A DNA stretch of 64,000 bases from the NCBI GenBank assembly GCA_040388745.1, contig JAZKBF010000010.1:56339-120338 (forward strand). The letters are read 5' to 3'. The notes below the pieces were generated by a model. The model did not search any database. It was given only the letters and a program-made list of their open reading frames with translations, and was not told the DNA's origin. Shown here in pieces: positions 9,765 through 19,043 of the stretch (the first letter of the stretch is position 1; every line of letters starts with the position of its first letter). The position numbers and the translations under genes are program-made. This DNA comes from Bacteroidota bacterium. GTDB taxonomy: Bacteria > Bacteroidota > Bacteroidia > 2-12-FULL-35-15.

Positions 9765-10958
9765 ATGGATGCGATATATTTAAAACACCAGGAGCTTTTA
9801 AAAAAACTTACTCCTTTTTTTACAAGGCCATTGGAGGATGAAATTGAATGGGAAGAACAACTCATAGGGATCAAAGGTGCTAGGGGAGTGGGTAAAACAA
9901 CTTTTTTGCTGCAACACATTAAGGCGAAATTCGGTTTTGACAGAGCAGCTTTGTTTGTGAGTTTGGATGATATACGTTTTACTCAAAAAAATCTGGTAGA
10001 ACTTGCCGAAGAGTTTTTGAATAAGGGCGGTAAATACCTTTTTTTGGATGAGATACACAAATATCCAAATTGGTCGCAGGAGTTGAAGAATATTTATGAT
10101 TCATATCCGGAATTAAAAGTGGTGTTTACCGGTTCCTCTATTTTACATATACACGGTGGAAATGCTGATCTGAGCCGCAGAGCAGTGGTTTATTATATGA
10201 AGGGCTTATCCTTCCGGGAATATTTACAAATAGAAACCAAACAAAATTTTGAAGTTTTAAGCTTAAAAGAACTATTGGCGAATCACGAAGAGATCGTTAG
10301 GAGTATTGCCTCTAAAATAAAGCCTTTGATGTATTTTGATGATTATTTGCGGTATGGTTATTATCCCTATTATTTGCAAAGCAAAAAAACATATCACAAT
10401 AAGCTGGCGAACACTATCAATTTGATCCTGGAAATTGATTTGCCGTATTTAATGAATGTGGATCTGAAATATGTTTATAAGCTAAAACAGCTATTGTACA
10501 TCCTTGCTACCAGTGTTCCGTTTCAGCCTAATATTTCGAATTTGGCGGGCAGCCTTGAAATATCGCGGCAATCGGTGTTGGCGTATTTGGATTATTTGCA
10601 AAATGCGGAGTTGATCTATTTATTGAAAGATAAAGGAAAGTCCTATAGTATGTTGGCAAAACCCAATAAGATCTATTTAAATAATCCTAACCTTTCGTTT
10701 GCACTGGCTGCTGAAAATACCGACAAAGGTAATTTGCGTGAAACATTTTTTTATAACCAGTTAAAACAATCTCACTCCGTTGAATCCAGCGAAAAAGGCG
10801 ACTTTTTAATTGACGGAAAATTTACTTTTGAAGTAGGAGGGAAGAGCAAAAAGTTTAATCAGATCAAAAGTATTAAAAATTCCTATTTGGCTATTGATGA
10901 TATAGAAGCGGGGATCAATAATAAAATTCCGTTGTGGTTGTTTGGCTTTTTATATTAA
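9765..10958 (+). CDS. AAA+ ATPase (AAA_14 / DUF4143-like)
   Basis: Walker A GARGVGKTT, Walker B LFLDEIH, TGSS, C-terminal FEVGGK nuclease-like tail. Confidence 0.85.
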   Translation: MDAIYLKHQELLKKLTPFFTRPLEDEIEWEEQLIGIKGARGVGKTTFLLQHIKAKFGFDRAALFVSLDDIRFTQKNLVELAEEFLNKGGKYLFLDEIHKYPNWSQELKNIYDSYPELKVVFTGSSILHIHGGNADLSRRAVVYYMKGLSFREYLQIETKQNFEVLSLKELLANHEEIVRSIASKIKPLMYFDDYLRYGYYPYYLQSKKTYHNKLANTINLILEIDLPYLMNVDLKYVYKLKQLLYILATSVPFQPNISNLAGSLEISRQSVLAYLDYLQNAELIYLLKDKGKSYSMLAKPNKIYLNNPNLSFALAAENTDKGNLRETFFYNQLKQSHSVESSEKGDFLIDGKFTFEVGGKSKKFNQIKSIKNSYLAIDDIEAGINNKIPLWLFGFLY

Positions 10959-10960
10959 AT

Positions 10961-10991
10961 AAAAAAATCTGCTTTTAAAGCAGATTTTTTT
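10961..10991. terminator. Bidirectional intrinsic terminator
   Basis: AAAAAAATCTGCT-TTTAA-AGCAGATTTTTTT between convergent genes. Confidence 0.85.
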
Positions 10992-11019
10992 ATTTAATAT
11001 TTTATTTTTTTAGCAGAAA

Positions 11020-11370
11020 TTATTTCTTTTTTTCTACTGCTGCTTTGTTTTCTTTGTGACGCATGTCAGGTGTTCCGTCTTTTTTTACCGGACCAGCTGG
11101 TTTAACCTCTGGTTTCGCTTCTTTATTTTCTTTGAAACGTTTATCAGGAGTTCCATCTTTTTTAGTTGGAGCAGCTTTACTTTCCTGCATATCAGGTTTA
11201 GCAGGTTCTGCAACTTCTGCTTTCTCAACCTTTTTAGGATGTTCTACTTTTGCTTCAGACTTTACTTCTTTTTTTGGTTCTGCTTTTGCTTTGTTTTTAG
11301 TGCCTTCCTGAGCCACAGCCATGTTTAGCATAAAAGCTAACACAGTAAATAGTGCAATAATTTTTTTCAT
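11020..11370 (-). CDS. Exported Lys/Glu/Pro-rich protein with two KKDGTPD(K/M)R repeats
   Basis: Signal peptide MKKIIALFTVLAFMLNMAVAQ; repeats KKDGTPDKRFKENK and KKDGTPDMRHKENK. Confidence 0.75.
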   Translation of the reverse strand: MKKIIALFTVLAFMLNMAVAQEGTKNKAKAEPKKEVKSEAKVEHPKKVEKAEVAEPAKPDMQESKAAPTKKDGTPDKRFKENKEAKPEVKPAGPVKKDGTPDMRHKENKAAVEKKK

Positions 11371-11483
11371 TGTTTAGTTTTTTAGGTGGATTTATTTTTT
11401 TTAGTTATTTACAAATATAATTATTCTTCATATTCAAAACACATGCCATATTTATTTTGTTTTTGCATCCAACCGGCCAAAGT

Positions 11484-12056
11484 TCATTCAATTGTAATAT
11501 CATATTTGGTCAAAAGGCCTTCTAACCTGTCTTTTGAGAATCTTGCCTTTTTGATAAAATTCTCATTCGGATCAATTGTATAGTTATAAGCACCCGTAAA
11601 ATCAGTGTTTTTTAGTAGTGTTTTATTAAATATTGTTCCTTCTAAATTGCAGTTTTGAAAGGAAGCGCCTGAAATATCAGCATTTGAAAAATTGGTTTCT
11701 TTTAAAGAAGTGGTATTGAAGTTTGTTTTTGCCATTTTTTTTGATGCGAAGGAAGCATAGTCTAATAGGCAGTTCTCAAAATTTACGCTGAACATAAAAT
11801 CATTACATTCAAAAAAGTTAATCCCAATTAATTTGCAATCTTTGAAAAACACATCAGTAAGCTTGGTTTTGTTCAGCTTTGTCATTGCCATGTTACAGTT
11901 ATTAAAGCTACATTCATTAAATACATTGGCGGATAAATTACTGTTTGAAAAGTCGCAGCTATTGAAGGTACATTTTTCAAATATTCTTTTTTTTAACTCT
12001 TTTTGAGAGTAAGATACTTTTTCGAAAACTTTATTTTCATGATTGATCGCTTCCAT
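11484..12056 (-). CDS. Pentapeptide repeat protein
   Basis: 190 aa of [CAST]x[FL]xx pentapeptides (CTFNSCDFSNSNLS, ASFQNCNLEG). Confidence 0.88.
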   Translation of the reverse strand: MEAINHENKVFEKVSYSQKELKKRIFEKCTFNSCDFSNSNLSANVFNECSFNNCNMAMTKLNKTKLTDVFFKDCKLIGINFFECNDFMFSVNFENCLLDYASFASKKMAKTNFNTTSLKETNFSNADISGASFQNCNLEGTIFNKTLLKNTDFTGAYNYTIDPNENFIKKARFSKDRLEGLLTKYDITIE

Positions 12057-12224
12057 AATTAGTGTTTATACTTTATATAAAATAAAGGGCTTGTATGCTG
12101 TGAAAATTACCTGCGATTAGGTATTTTTTATTAGGTTTGTATCAAACAAATAAATAGTGTTATTTTCCGTTCTACAAATGTATTTTTTTGTGGAATTGGA
12201 ATAAGAATTTATTAATTACATTTT

Positions 12225-13712
12225 ATGAACAAAATATTAGTTGCCAACCGTGGTGAGATTGCTTTACGTATCATGCGTTCCTGCAGGGAGATGGGTATAA
12301 AAACAGTTGCCGTATATTCAGAAGCAGATAGAAATGCACCTTTTGTAAAATATGCTGATGAGGCAGTTTGCATAGGGCCTCCACCTTCTAATCAGTCGTA
12401 TTTGCTGGGTGATAAAATTATTGAAGTATCCAAACAGTTAGGTGTAGACGGGATTCATCCCGGATACGGATTTTTATCTGAAAATGCATCTTTTGCAGCA
12501 GCAGTAAAAAAAGCCGGATTGATATTTATCGGACCATCGCCTGAAGCAATGAATATAATGGGTGATAAGCTGTCAGCGAAAGCGGCTGCTAAAAAGTATA
12601 AGATCCCAATGGTTCCTGGTTCTGATGGAGCAATTACAAGTTTGGAAGAGGGGAAAAAAATAGCTTCGCTTACAGGATTTCCATTATTAATAAAAGCAAG
12701 TGCTGGCGGTGGCGGAAAAGGTATGCGTATTGTAGAGCGCATCGAAGAATTTGAAGAGCAGATGAAACTGGCTGTTAATGAAGCCACATCTGCATTTGGT
12801 AATGGAGCGGTATTTATTGAACGTTACGTTGCCGGTCCGCGACATATTGAAATACAGATTTTAGGTGATTCACACGGTAATATCGTTTATTTATTTGAAC
12901 GCGAATGTTCTATTCAAAGACGTCATCAAAAAGTGATCGAAGAAGCGCCATCATCGGTGCTAACGCCTGAAATCCGTAAGGCAATGGGTGAATGTGCCGT
13001 AAATGTTGGTAAAGCTTGTAATTACGAAGGGGCAGGAACAGTTGAATTTTTGCTGGATGAAAATAAAAATTTCTATTTTCTGGAAATGAACACCCGTTTG
13101 CAGGTAGAGCATCCTGTAACGGAGATGATCACTGGTATTGATTTGGTAAAAGAGCAAATAAAAGTAGCAAGAGGCGAAAAATTATCATTTACTCAGGCTG
13201 ATCTGAAAATTCAGGGACATAGCCTTGAAGTGCGTGTGTATGCCGAAGATCCATGTAATAATTTTTTACCCGATATTGGTAAATTAGTTACTTATAGACG
13301 TCCGCAAGGGCTGGGAGTACGTGTGGATGATGGTTTTGAAGAAGGGATGGATATTCCGATCTATTATGATCCAATGATCTCGAAACTGATAACATTTGGC
13401 AAAGACAGGGAAGAGGCAATTAGCCGGATGATCCGTGCTATCGATGATTATAAGATCACTGGAGTGGAAACAACGTTGAGTTTCTGCAAATTTGTATTGA
13501 AGCACAAAGCATTTACTTCCGGTTTTTTTGATACTCATTTTATAAAAGATCATTTTTCACCGGAAATGCTTAGTACCGAAAATGATGAAGAAGCAATAGT
13601 TGCAGCCTTGTTTGGGGCTAAATTGATGAATGAAAAGCAAGGTTCTTCAAAAGTCGAAAACAAGGAATCTGTTGAAAGCAGATCAAAGTGGAAAGCGAAT
13701 AGGTTGAGTTAA
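12225..13712 (+). CDS. accC: Acetyl/propionyl-CoA carboxylase biotin carboxylase subunit
   Basis: ANRGEIA, HPGYGFLSEN, GGGGKGMR, EMNTRLQVEHPVTE motifs. TAGGTTTG promoter motif at 12132-12139. Confidence 0.95.
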   Translation: MNKILVANRGEIALRIMRSCREMGIKTVAVYSEADRNAPFVKYADEAVCIGPPPSNQSYLLGDKIIEVSKQLGVDGIHPGYGFLSENASFAAAVKKAGLIFIGPSPEAMNIMGDKLSAKAAAKKYKIPMVPGSDGAITSLEEGKKIASLTGFPLLIKASAGGGGKGMRIVERIEEFEEQMKLAVNEATSAFGNGAVFIERYVAGPRHIEIQILGDSHGNIVYLFERECSIQRRHQKVIEEAPSSVLTPEIRKAMGECAVNVGKACNYEGAGTVEFLLDENKNFYFLEMNTRLQVEHPVTEMITGIDLVKEQIKVARGEKLSFTQADLKIQGHSLEVRVYAEDPCNNFLPDIGKLVTYRRPQGLGVRVDDGFEEGMDIPIYYDPMISKLITFGKDREEAISRMIRAIDDYKITGVETTLSFCKFVLKHKAFTSGFFDTHFIKDHFSPEMLSTENDEEAIVAALFGAKLMNEKQGSSKVENKESVESRSKWKANRLS

Positions 13713-13852
13713 AAGTCAAAAGTTAAAAGAGAAAGAAGTCAAAAAACAAATTTCTATCCATATAAAACCGGCAAGCAATTCAAATTTACAAAATTGGTAT
13801 AAGAATTGCCTCCTTATTTTCATTTTGAATTTTGACTTTAAACTTTTGACTT
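13711..13852. repeat. Heptamer-repeat hairpin element (AAAAGTC / GACTTTT units)
   Basis: Left arm AAAAGTCAAAAGTTAAAAG...; right arm TTTTGAATTTTGACTTTAAACTTTTGACTT. Confidence 0.65.
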
Positions 13853-13869
13853 AATTTTTATAAAGCCTC

Positions 13870-14505
13870 ATGGCAAAAAGAATTTTCATATTTATTTTTC
13901 TGTTACCTCTTTTTAGTTCGGCACAAAATGGTGCCCCTCCTACCATAGCCACATCAGCGAAGGTATCACAGGGACTTCAACTGCCCGAAAAAGCTATTGT
14001 TGTTCGTGCTGTTGTTTACAATGGTGAAACAATACCGTACGTTACCCTATCTCCCCTTGTATGCTATGTACCACGTGTTTTTAAAAATAAAAGAGAAAAG
14101 GCAAAATGGGACAGGTTGAAATACAATGTTAAAAAAGTGTATCCATACGCCATTTTAGCTTCCGCTAAACTCAAAGAATACGATAAGCTTTTGGCAAAGA
14201 TCCCTAATGAGAATGAGCGAAAAAGGTATATGAAGCTTGCTGAAAATCAGCTAAAAGACGAATTTGGTAAGGAGTTGAAAAATTTATCCATGTCGCAGGG
14301 CCGAATTTTAATTAAGCTCGTTGACCGCGAAACAGGCAAAACTACGTATGATATAGTAAAAGATATGCGTGGCTCATTTTCTGCCTTTATGTGGCAAGGG
14401 GTGGCTGTATTGTTCAGCTCTAACCTCAAAGATGATTATGATGCCAAAGGGGAAGATAAAGCCATTGAAGAGGCTATTAAATTAATTGAGAGTGGGGATT
14501 TTTAA
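13870..14505 (+). CDS. DUF4294 family protein
   Basis: Signal peptide; LKYNVKKVYPYA and QGRILIKLVDRETG motifs typical of this Bacteroidota family. Confidence 0.8.
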   Translation: MAKRIFIFIFLLPLFSSAQNGAPPTIATSAKVSQGLQLPEKAIVVRAVVYNGETIPYVTLSPLVCYVPRVFKNKREKAKWDRLKYNVKKVYPYAILASAKLKEYDKLLAKIPNENERKRYMKLAENQLKDEFGKELKNLSMSQGRILIKLVDRETGKTTYDIVKDMRGSFSAFMWQGVAVLFSSNLKDDYDAKGEDKAIEEAIKLIESGDF

Positions 14506-14612
14506 AATTGCTACAAATTACGTTCTCCTAAAGCAGTTCGGAGGGAAACGAATATTCGAAAGTGCGTTTAGATTATTGTTAGCACCAATTTTAGAATGAC
14601 ACCAATAAAACA

Positions 14613-14852
14613 ATGGAAAGAACTAGAATTACAAAAGACAATATCCAGAATTGGCCAAAGTTTGAATCGTTACTAAATGATGGAAAGATAAAGTTCGACT
14701 CAACTGGACGACTCAGATATATACACGGTGCACCTGTTGGCGACTTAATTCAAACAAGGACAGAAAAAAAAGGGCAACCAATCTTTCAAGAAAGTTCAGA
14801 AGAATGGTTTGACCCAGAAAGTCAAAAAGCAAAAGAGTTTGTTTGGAAATAG
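14613..14852 (+). CDS. Hypothetical protein (cassette ORF1)
   Basis: 79 aa ORF, overlaps ORF2 by 10 nt. Confidence 0.6.
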   Translation: MERTRITKDNIQNWPKFESLLNDGKIKFDSTGRLRYIHGAPVGDLIQTRTEKKGQPIFQESSEEWFDPESQKAKEFVWK

Positions 14853-15208
14853 AACTTTATAATATGAGACAAGACTTTGATTTTTTTAAAACGAATATGC
14901 CTGAAAGTAGAAAAGCGGACTTTTATTTAGGATGTCTTGACGGTTCAGTATTTCTTGACTTCAACTACTCAAATGAAAATCTAATTTATCTACGCAGAAT
15001 TTCCTTCGATGGATATGGGTGCTGTAATATAGACAACACCATCATTTGCTTGGATTACAAATTATCAAAAGACTTCATAGAAGAAATCAGTAACGACAAC
15101 CTAAACCAAGAAAAAATGACAAAAATTGTGTTAGAGCTGATTAGACTAAATAAGGACAACATTTGGACAGACGCACTTGAAGAGTATGAATTAATTGATA
15201 AAGAATAA
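14843..15208 (+). CDS. Hypothetical protein (cassette ORF2)
   Basis: 121 aa from TTG (or ATG at 14864); ISFDGYGCC motif. Confidence 0.7.
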   Translation: MEIELYNMRQDFDFFKTNMPESRKADFYLGCLDGSVFLDFNYSNENLIYLRRISFDGYGCCNIDNTIICLDYKLSKDFIEEISNDNLNQEKMTKIVLELIRLNKDNIWTDALEEYELIDKE

Positions 15209-15310
15209 CAAACTGGTGCTAAAACTTGGAGCTTTGTGCTTCTATTCAAGTTCAGTTCTGATTGACAGTTTTGTGCTCCGAAACCCGCCCGAACACGAAG
15301 CCCGAAAACG

Positions 15311-16225
15311 CTAAATTGCTAAACCGCTATATTGTTTTTTCTTAAACCTTTCAGCAATTACCAGATCTTTTGAACCTGCGGTATACGTATAAAATCCTTG
15401 TCCGGATTTAGCTCCTAATTGACCAGCCATTACCATATTTACCAATAAAGGACATGGTGCATATTTAGGATTTCCGTAGCCATCCTGCAATACCCTTAGA
15501 ATAGATAAACAAACATCTAAACCAATAAAATCAGCCAATTGCAATGGTCCCATCGGGTGAGCCATACCTAATTTCATAACGGTATCAATTTCTTCAACAC
15601 CGGCAGTACCTTCATGAAGCGTAATAATGGCTTCATTGATCATTGGCATTAATATTTTGTTGGCAACAAATCCCGGGTAATCATTTACTTCAACCGGAGT
15701 TTTACCTAATTTTTTTGATGTTTCCATAACCAGATTGGTTACTGCATCGGAAGTAGAATAACCACGGATCACCTCCACTAATTTCATTACCGGAACAGGA
15801 TTCATAAAATGCATTCCAATTACTTTATCAGGACGCTTTGTAACAGCTCCAATTTTGGTAATAGAGATAGAGGAGGTATTACTTGCTAATATGGTATTTG
15901 GGGAGCAAATTTTGTCCAATTCCCGGAAAATATTTAATTTGATCTCTACATTTTCAGTTGCTGCTTCTACCACAAGATCTACATTTTTTACACCATCGGC
16001 CATTACCGTATAAGTAGTAATATTTTTTAGTGTTTCGGCCTTTTCCGCTTCTGTAATAACACCTTTTGTAACAATACGGTCCAGATTTTTAGAAATAGTG
16101 GCTATTGCTTTTTCCAAAGCTGGTTGCGAAATATCAATAAGTGCTACATTGTAACCTTGTTGTGCAAATGTGTGAGCAATTCCATTACCCATTGTTCCTG
16201 AACCGATTACTGCAATGTTTTTCAT
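15311..16225 (-). CDS. hbd: 3-hydroxybutyryl-CoA dehydrogenase
   Basis: GSGTMGNG NAD-binding motif, EAATE, SNTSS, GMHFMNP, PMGPL. Confidence 0.93.
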   Translation of the reverse strand: MKNIAVIGSGTMGNGIAHTFAQQGYNVALIDISQPALEKAIATISKNLDRIVTKGVITEAEKAETLKNITTYTVMADGVKNVDLVVEAATENVEIKLNIFRELDKICSPNTILASNTSSISITKIGAVTKRPDKVIGMHFMNPVPVMKLVEVIRGYSTSDAVTNLVMETSKKLGKTPVEVNDYPGFVANKILMPMINEAIITLHEGTAGVEEIDTVMKLGMAHPMGPLQLADFIGLDVCLSILRVLQDGYGNPKYAPCPLLVNMVMAGQLGAKSGQGFYTYTAGSKDLVIAERFKKKQYSGLAI

Positions 16226-16236
16226 ATAAATGAATT

Positions 16237-16463
16237 GTTGAATTAGAGATTTAGAGAATTGGAGAATTAGAAATTTAGTGATTTAGTGATTTAGTGATGA
16301 TTTAGTGATGATTTAGTGATGATTTAGTGAGTTGTTAAGAATGCAAAAATACTTATTTATAATTTGACTTATATCCTTTGATTTCCATCAAATCAGGTCT
16401 TTTTTAGTACTTTATTCTCTTTTTCTCCAATTCTCCATATCACTAATTTTCCCAATCTCTAAT
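16237..16463. repeat. Heptamer/octamer-repeat hairpin element with ATTTAGTG x6 expansion
   Basis: Left arm GAATTAGAGATTTAGAGAATTGGAG plus six ATTTAGTG units at 16273-16329; right arm TTCTCCAATTCTCC...ATCACTAA...ATCTCTAATT. Confidence 0.75.
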
Positions 16464-16467
16464 TATT

Positions 16468-17889
16468 TTATTTCCCCCTACCTTGAATTACGATCAAAGC
16501 AGTGTAAATTAATATTTTCATATCCACCCCCAGCGCCATATTTTCAATATAAATAATATCATATTTAAGGCGCTCGGTCATTTCTTCAACGTTTTCGGCA
16601 TAACCGTATTTAACCTGTCCCCATGAAGTAATTCCCGGGCGAACTTTATGCAAATGTTTATAGTGAGGTGCTTTTTGTACAATTTGATCAATAAAAAACT
16701 GACGTTCAGGACGAGGACCAACAATTGACATTTCGCCAATCAATACATTATAAAATTGAGGTATCTCATCTAAACGGACCTTGCGTAAAAAATTTCCAAG
16801 GGAAGTGATACGAGGATCTTTTTTGCTGGATAGTGCAGGACCATTTTTTTCGGCATCCATATACATGGAACGGAATTTATGGATAAAAAAGGGTTTTCCA
16901 TGCCAGCCAATACGCTCATGACTATAAAAAATGGAACCTTTGGATCCAAGCTTTACAGCAATAGCCAAAATTATGTAAACCCAGCTGAAAGCTAGGAGAA
17001 CAAATAATGATACAGAAACATCAAAAATACGTTTTACCGATTGCTCCCAGGCCGGCATTATTTCTCTTGAAATTTCAATAAGGGGTGCTCCGAAAATAGA
17101 GGTCATTTTTACTGAGCCCGATAAAATATCATACATATCAGGAATAACCTTAATAATGACAGTTGAATCATCCAGCTCATTCACTATTTTTCCAATATTT
17201 TCGTGTTCAGAAGATTCGATTGCAATGATAACTTCTTCAATATTATTTTTTTGTATAATCGACTTTAAGTCAGATAGTTCCCCTATGTGAGGTAAGCTTT
17301 TGTTTAACTCATGGGAATAGCCATTTTTATTATCAACATGCACAAAACCAATAAATTTATTACCGGACGATTCGTGCAAATTTTCCATTTCATTGTATAG
17401 TTTCAATGCATTCGCATTACTGCCAACCAATAAAGTATTAAAACCAATTATCCGGTTATGAACCCTGTAATTGGTAATACTTGATAATATTAAACGAAAA
17501 CTGGCCGTTAAACCAAAATGCAATCCAAATAAAACAAGGATGCTTTGATAATAATTTTTGTAGGAAACAATTTCATCGTCAAGTAAAAGCGTGAAGAAAA
17601 TTATAATAACACCGATCACCGAAAATAATAGTGTTTGCCCTACCTCTTTTAATCGTGATTTGCGATAAATGTTTTTGTAAACACCTGTAAAACTGTATAT
17701 TAGTATCCAGCAAGAGGGGATGAGTAGCAAACCCCAATAAAACTGCTCTTCAAATGTAACAGGGATTGCTTTGCCAAATTTTTCAGGTTCTATATATAGT
17801 TTCCTGAAAATATAAAACAGCGTCCAGGCTAAAACAGCTGAAGAGAAATCGGCAATTAGATATTTTAAAACTTGTAGTCTTTTATTCAT
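16468..17889 (-). CDS. Polyprenyl-phosphate glycosylphosphotransferase (WcaJ/WbaP-like sugar transferase)
   Basis: N-terminal TMs; C-terminal KFRSM, RLDEIPQ, GEMSIVGPRPER, PGITSWGQV. Confidence 0.92.
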   Translation of the reverse strand: MNKRLQVLKYLIADFSSAVLAWTLFYIFRKLYIEPEKFGKAIPVTFEEQFYWGLLLIPSCWILIYSFTGVYKNIYRKSRLKEVGQTLLFSVIGVIIIFFTLLLDDEIVSYKNYYQSILVLFGLHFGLTASFRLILSSITNYRVHNRIIGFNTLLVGSNANALKLYNEMENLHESSGNKFIGFVHVDNKNGYSHELNKSLPHIGELSDLKSIIQKNNIEEVIIAIESSEHENIGKIVNELDDSTVIIKVIPDMYDILSGSVKMTSIFGAPLIEISREIMPAWEQSVKRIFDVSVSLFVLLAFSWVYIILAIAVKLGSKGSIFYSHERIGWHGKPFFIHKFRSMYMDAEKNGPALSSKKDPRITSLGNFLRKVRLDEIPQFYNVLIGEMSIVGPRPERQFFIDQIVQKAPHYKHLHKVRPGITSWGQVKYGYAENVEEMTERLKYDIIYIENMALGVDMKILIYTALIVIQGRGK

Positions 17890-17975
17890 AAACCTTTCGG
17901 TGTATTATTTATCAAGCTTGTTCCGGTAATCTTTTTTTTTCCTTAATAGCTGATAATCAATATTTTGAAATTTGT

Positions 17976-18851
17976 CTAATAAACTAATTTTATATTGTCA
18001 AGTAACAAAGCAAGGCTATCTGAGCCATTGTTATTTACCATACCAAAAAATACACTAAAATCAGTAGCATTACTGTTGCCGCTAATTACTGTGGTTAAAT
18101 ATACGTATGCTTTGTTCCAGCTTGCACTGGGATTAAAAGTTAAGGCTGCATCTTTGGTAGTTCCTCCTGTGCTATGAGCAAATGTACCCACCACAAACTC
18201 ACGATTACATTTATAATTAAATTCTAAAAATACATCTGATCCACTTTTTGGTAAAACATAGGAAGTGGATGATACACCTTCAAAAAAGAAATGCGTATTA
18301 TCTAAATAGGCAATACCGGATCCGTTTCCTTCAAAAATATTTGGGTTGGGAGCATCAATTCGTTGAATAACAGTATCAACACCGGATGCTGGACTTTTTG
18401 AAATAATTGTACCGGTATTTTCAAAATCCTCCATAAAGCTGAAGGTCATATTGGTTCGGTATTTCACAATAGGGGCCAAGTTAAGCTTCATCCCTTTTTG
18501 CAAGCTAATTATGGTATCATAAATGGTGTAAAATGGATAGGGTGCCCGGGTAGCTGCAATTCCGTTCACTTTGATACCTGCTCTTATTTTAATTTGATGG
18601 CTGCCTTCATATAAAACAGGGAAAGTTGCAGGTAGTTCAAAGCTACCGATCAATTGTTCATCAACATACACCCAGGCATCTGTAATTTTATTAGAATTAC
18701 TGCCTTCTGTTGCGACAATAGTGCTAAGCGCAATTTTATCAATATGTATATAGGCAGGAATTGGCTCGGAGGGATTATAGAGTTCGCAGGAACTAATTAT
18801 TAAAATGATGGATATACTTAAGAATAATAATAATTTATAACTATGCGACAT
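17976..18851 (-). CDS. Hypothetical lipoprotein
   Basis: Lipobox IISSC; Bacteroidota-type N-terminus (ITDAWVYVD). Confidence 0.75.
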   Translation of the reverse strand: MSHSYKLLLFLSISIILIISSCELYNPSEPIPAYIHIDKIALSTIVATEGSNSNKITDAWVYVDEQLIGSFELPATFPVLYEGSHQIKIRAGIKVNGIAATRAPYPFYTIYDTIISLQKGMKLNLAPIVKYRTNMTFSFMEDFENTGTIISKSPASGVDTVIQRIDAPNPNIFEGNGSGIAYLDNTHFFFEGVSSTSYVLPKSGSDVFLEFNYKCNREFVVGTFAHSTGGTTKDAALTFNPSASWNKAYVYLTTVISGNSNATDFSVFFGMVNNNGSDSLALLLDNIKLVY

Positions 18852-18860
18852 CTCAAAAAC

Positions 18861-19039
18861 AATTAAGCAATTTTAACAATTTAGCAGTAGGCAATTTTTT
18901 TAAATTTAAAAGACAATTTTACAATTAATCAATAGGCAATTATTCAATTTAAACGAATTATCCATTGCCTACTGATAAATTGTAAAATTGTAAAATTATT
19001 TTAACTTGCCTATTGCAAAATTGCAAAAATTGATCAATT
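18861..19039. repeat. Heptamer-repeat hairpin element (xCAATTT units, CAGTAGGCAAT core)
   Basis: CAGTAGGCAAT at 18885-18895 and its reverse complement ATTGCCTACTG at 18964-18974, inside CAATTT/AAATTG repeats. Confidence 0.7.
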
Positions 19040-19043
19040 AGAC

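Larger units (their letters stand above)
14578..15310 (+). mobile_element. Putative integron-type gene cassette remnant (attC-like ends)
   Basis: GTTAGCACCA at 14578; inverse TGGTGCTAA at 15214-15222 just after the ORF2 stop; then a truncated Bacteroidota attC-like repeat ending ...AAGCCCGAAAACG at 15310. No integrase in the window. Confidence 0.55.

Noticed and set aside
9765-10958. AAA ATPase as an anti-phage defence system
   Set aside because: A common stand-alone family with its own promoter and terminator and no adjacent effector.
16273-16329. CRISPR-like or guide-RNA array
   Set aside because: Units are 8-11 nt with no unique spacers and there are no cas genes. It is a microsatellite within a hairpin element.
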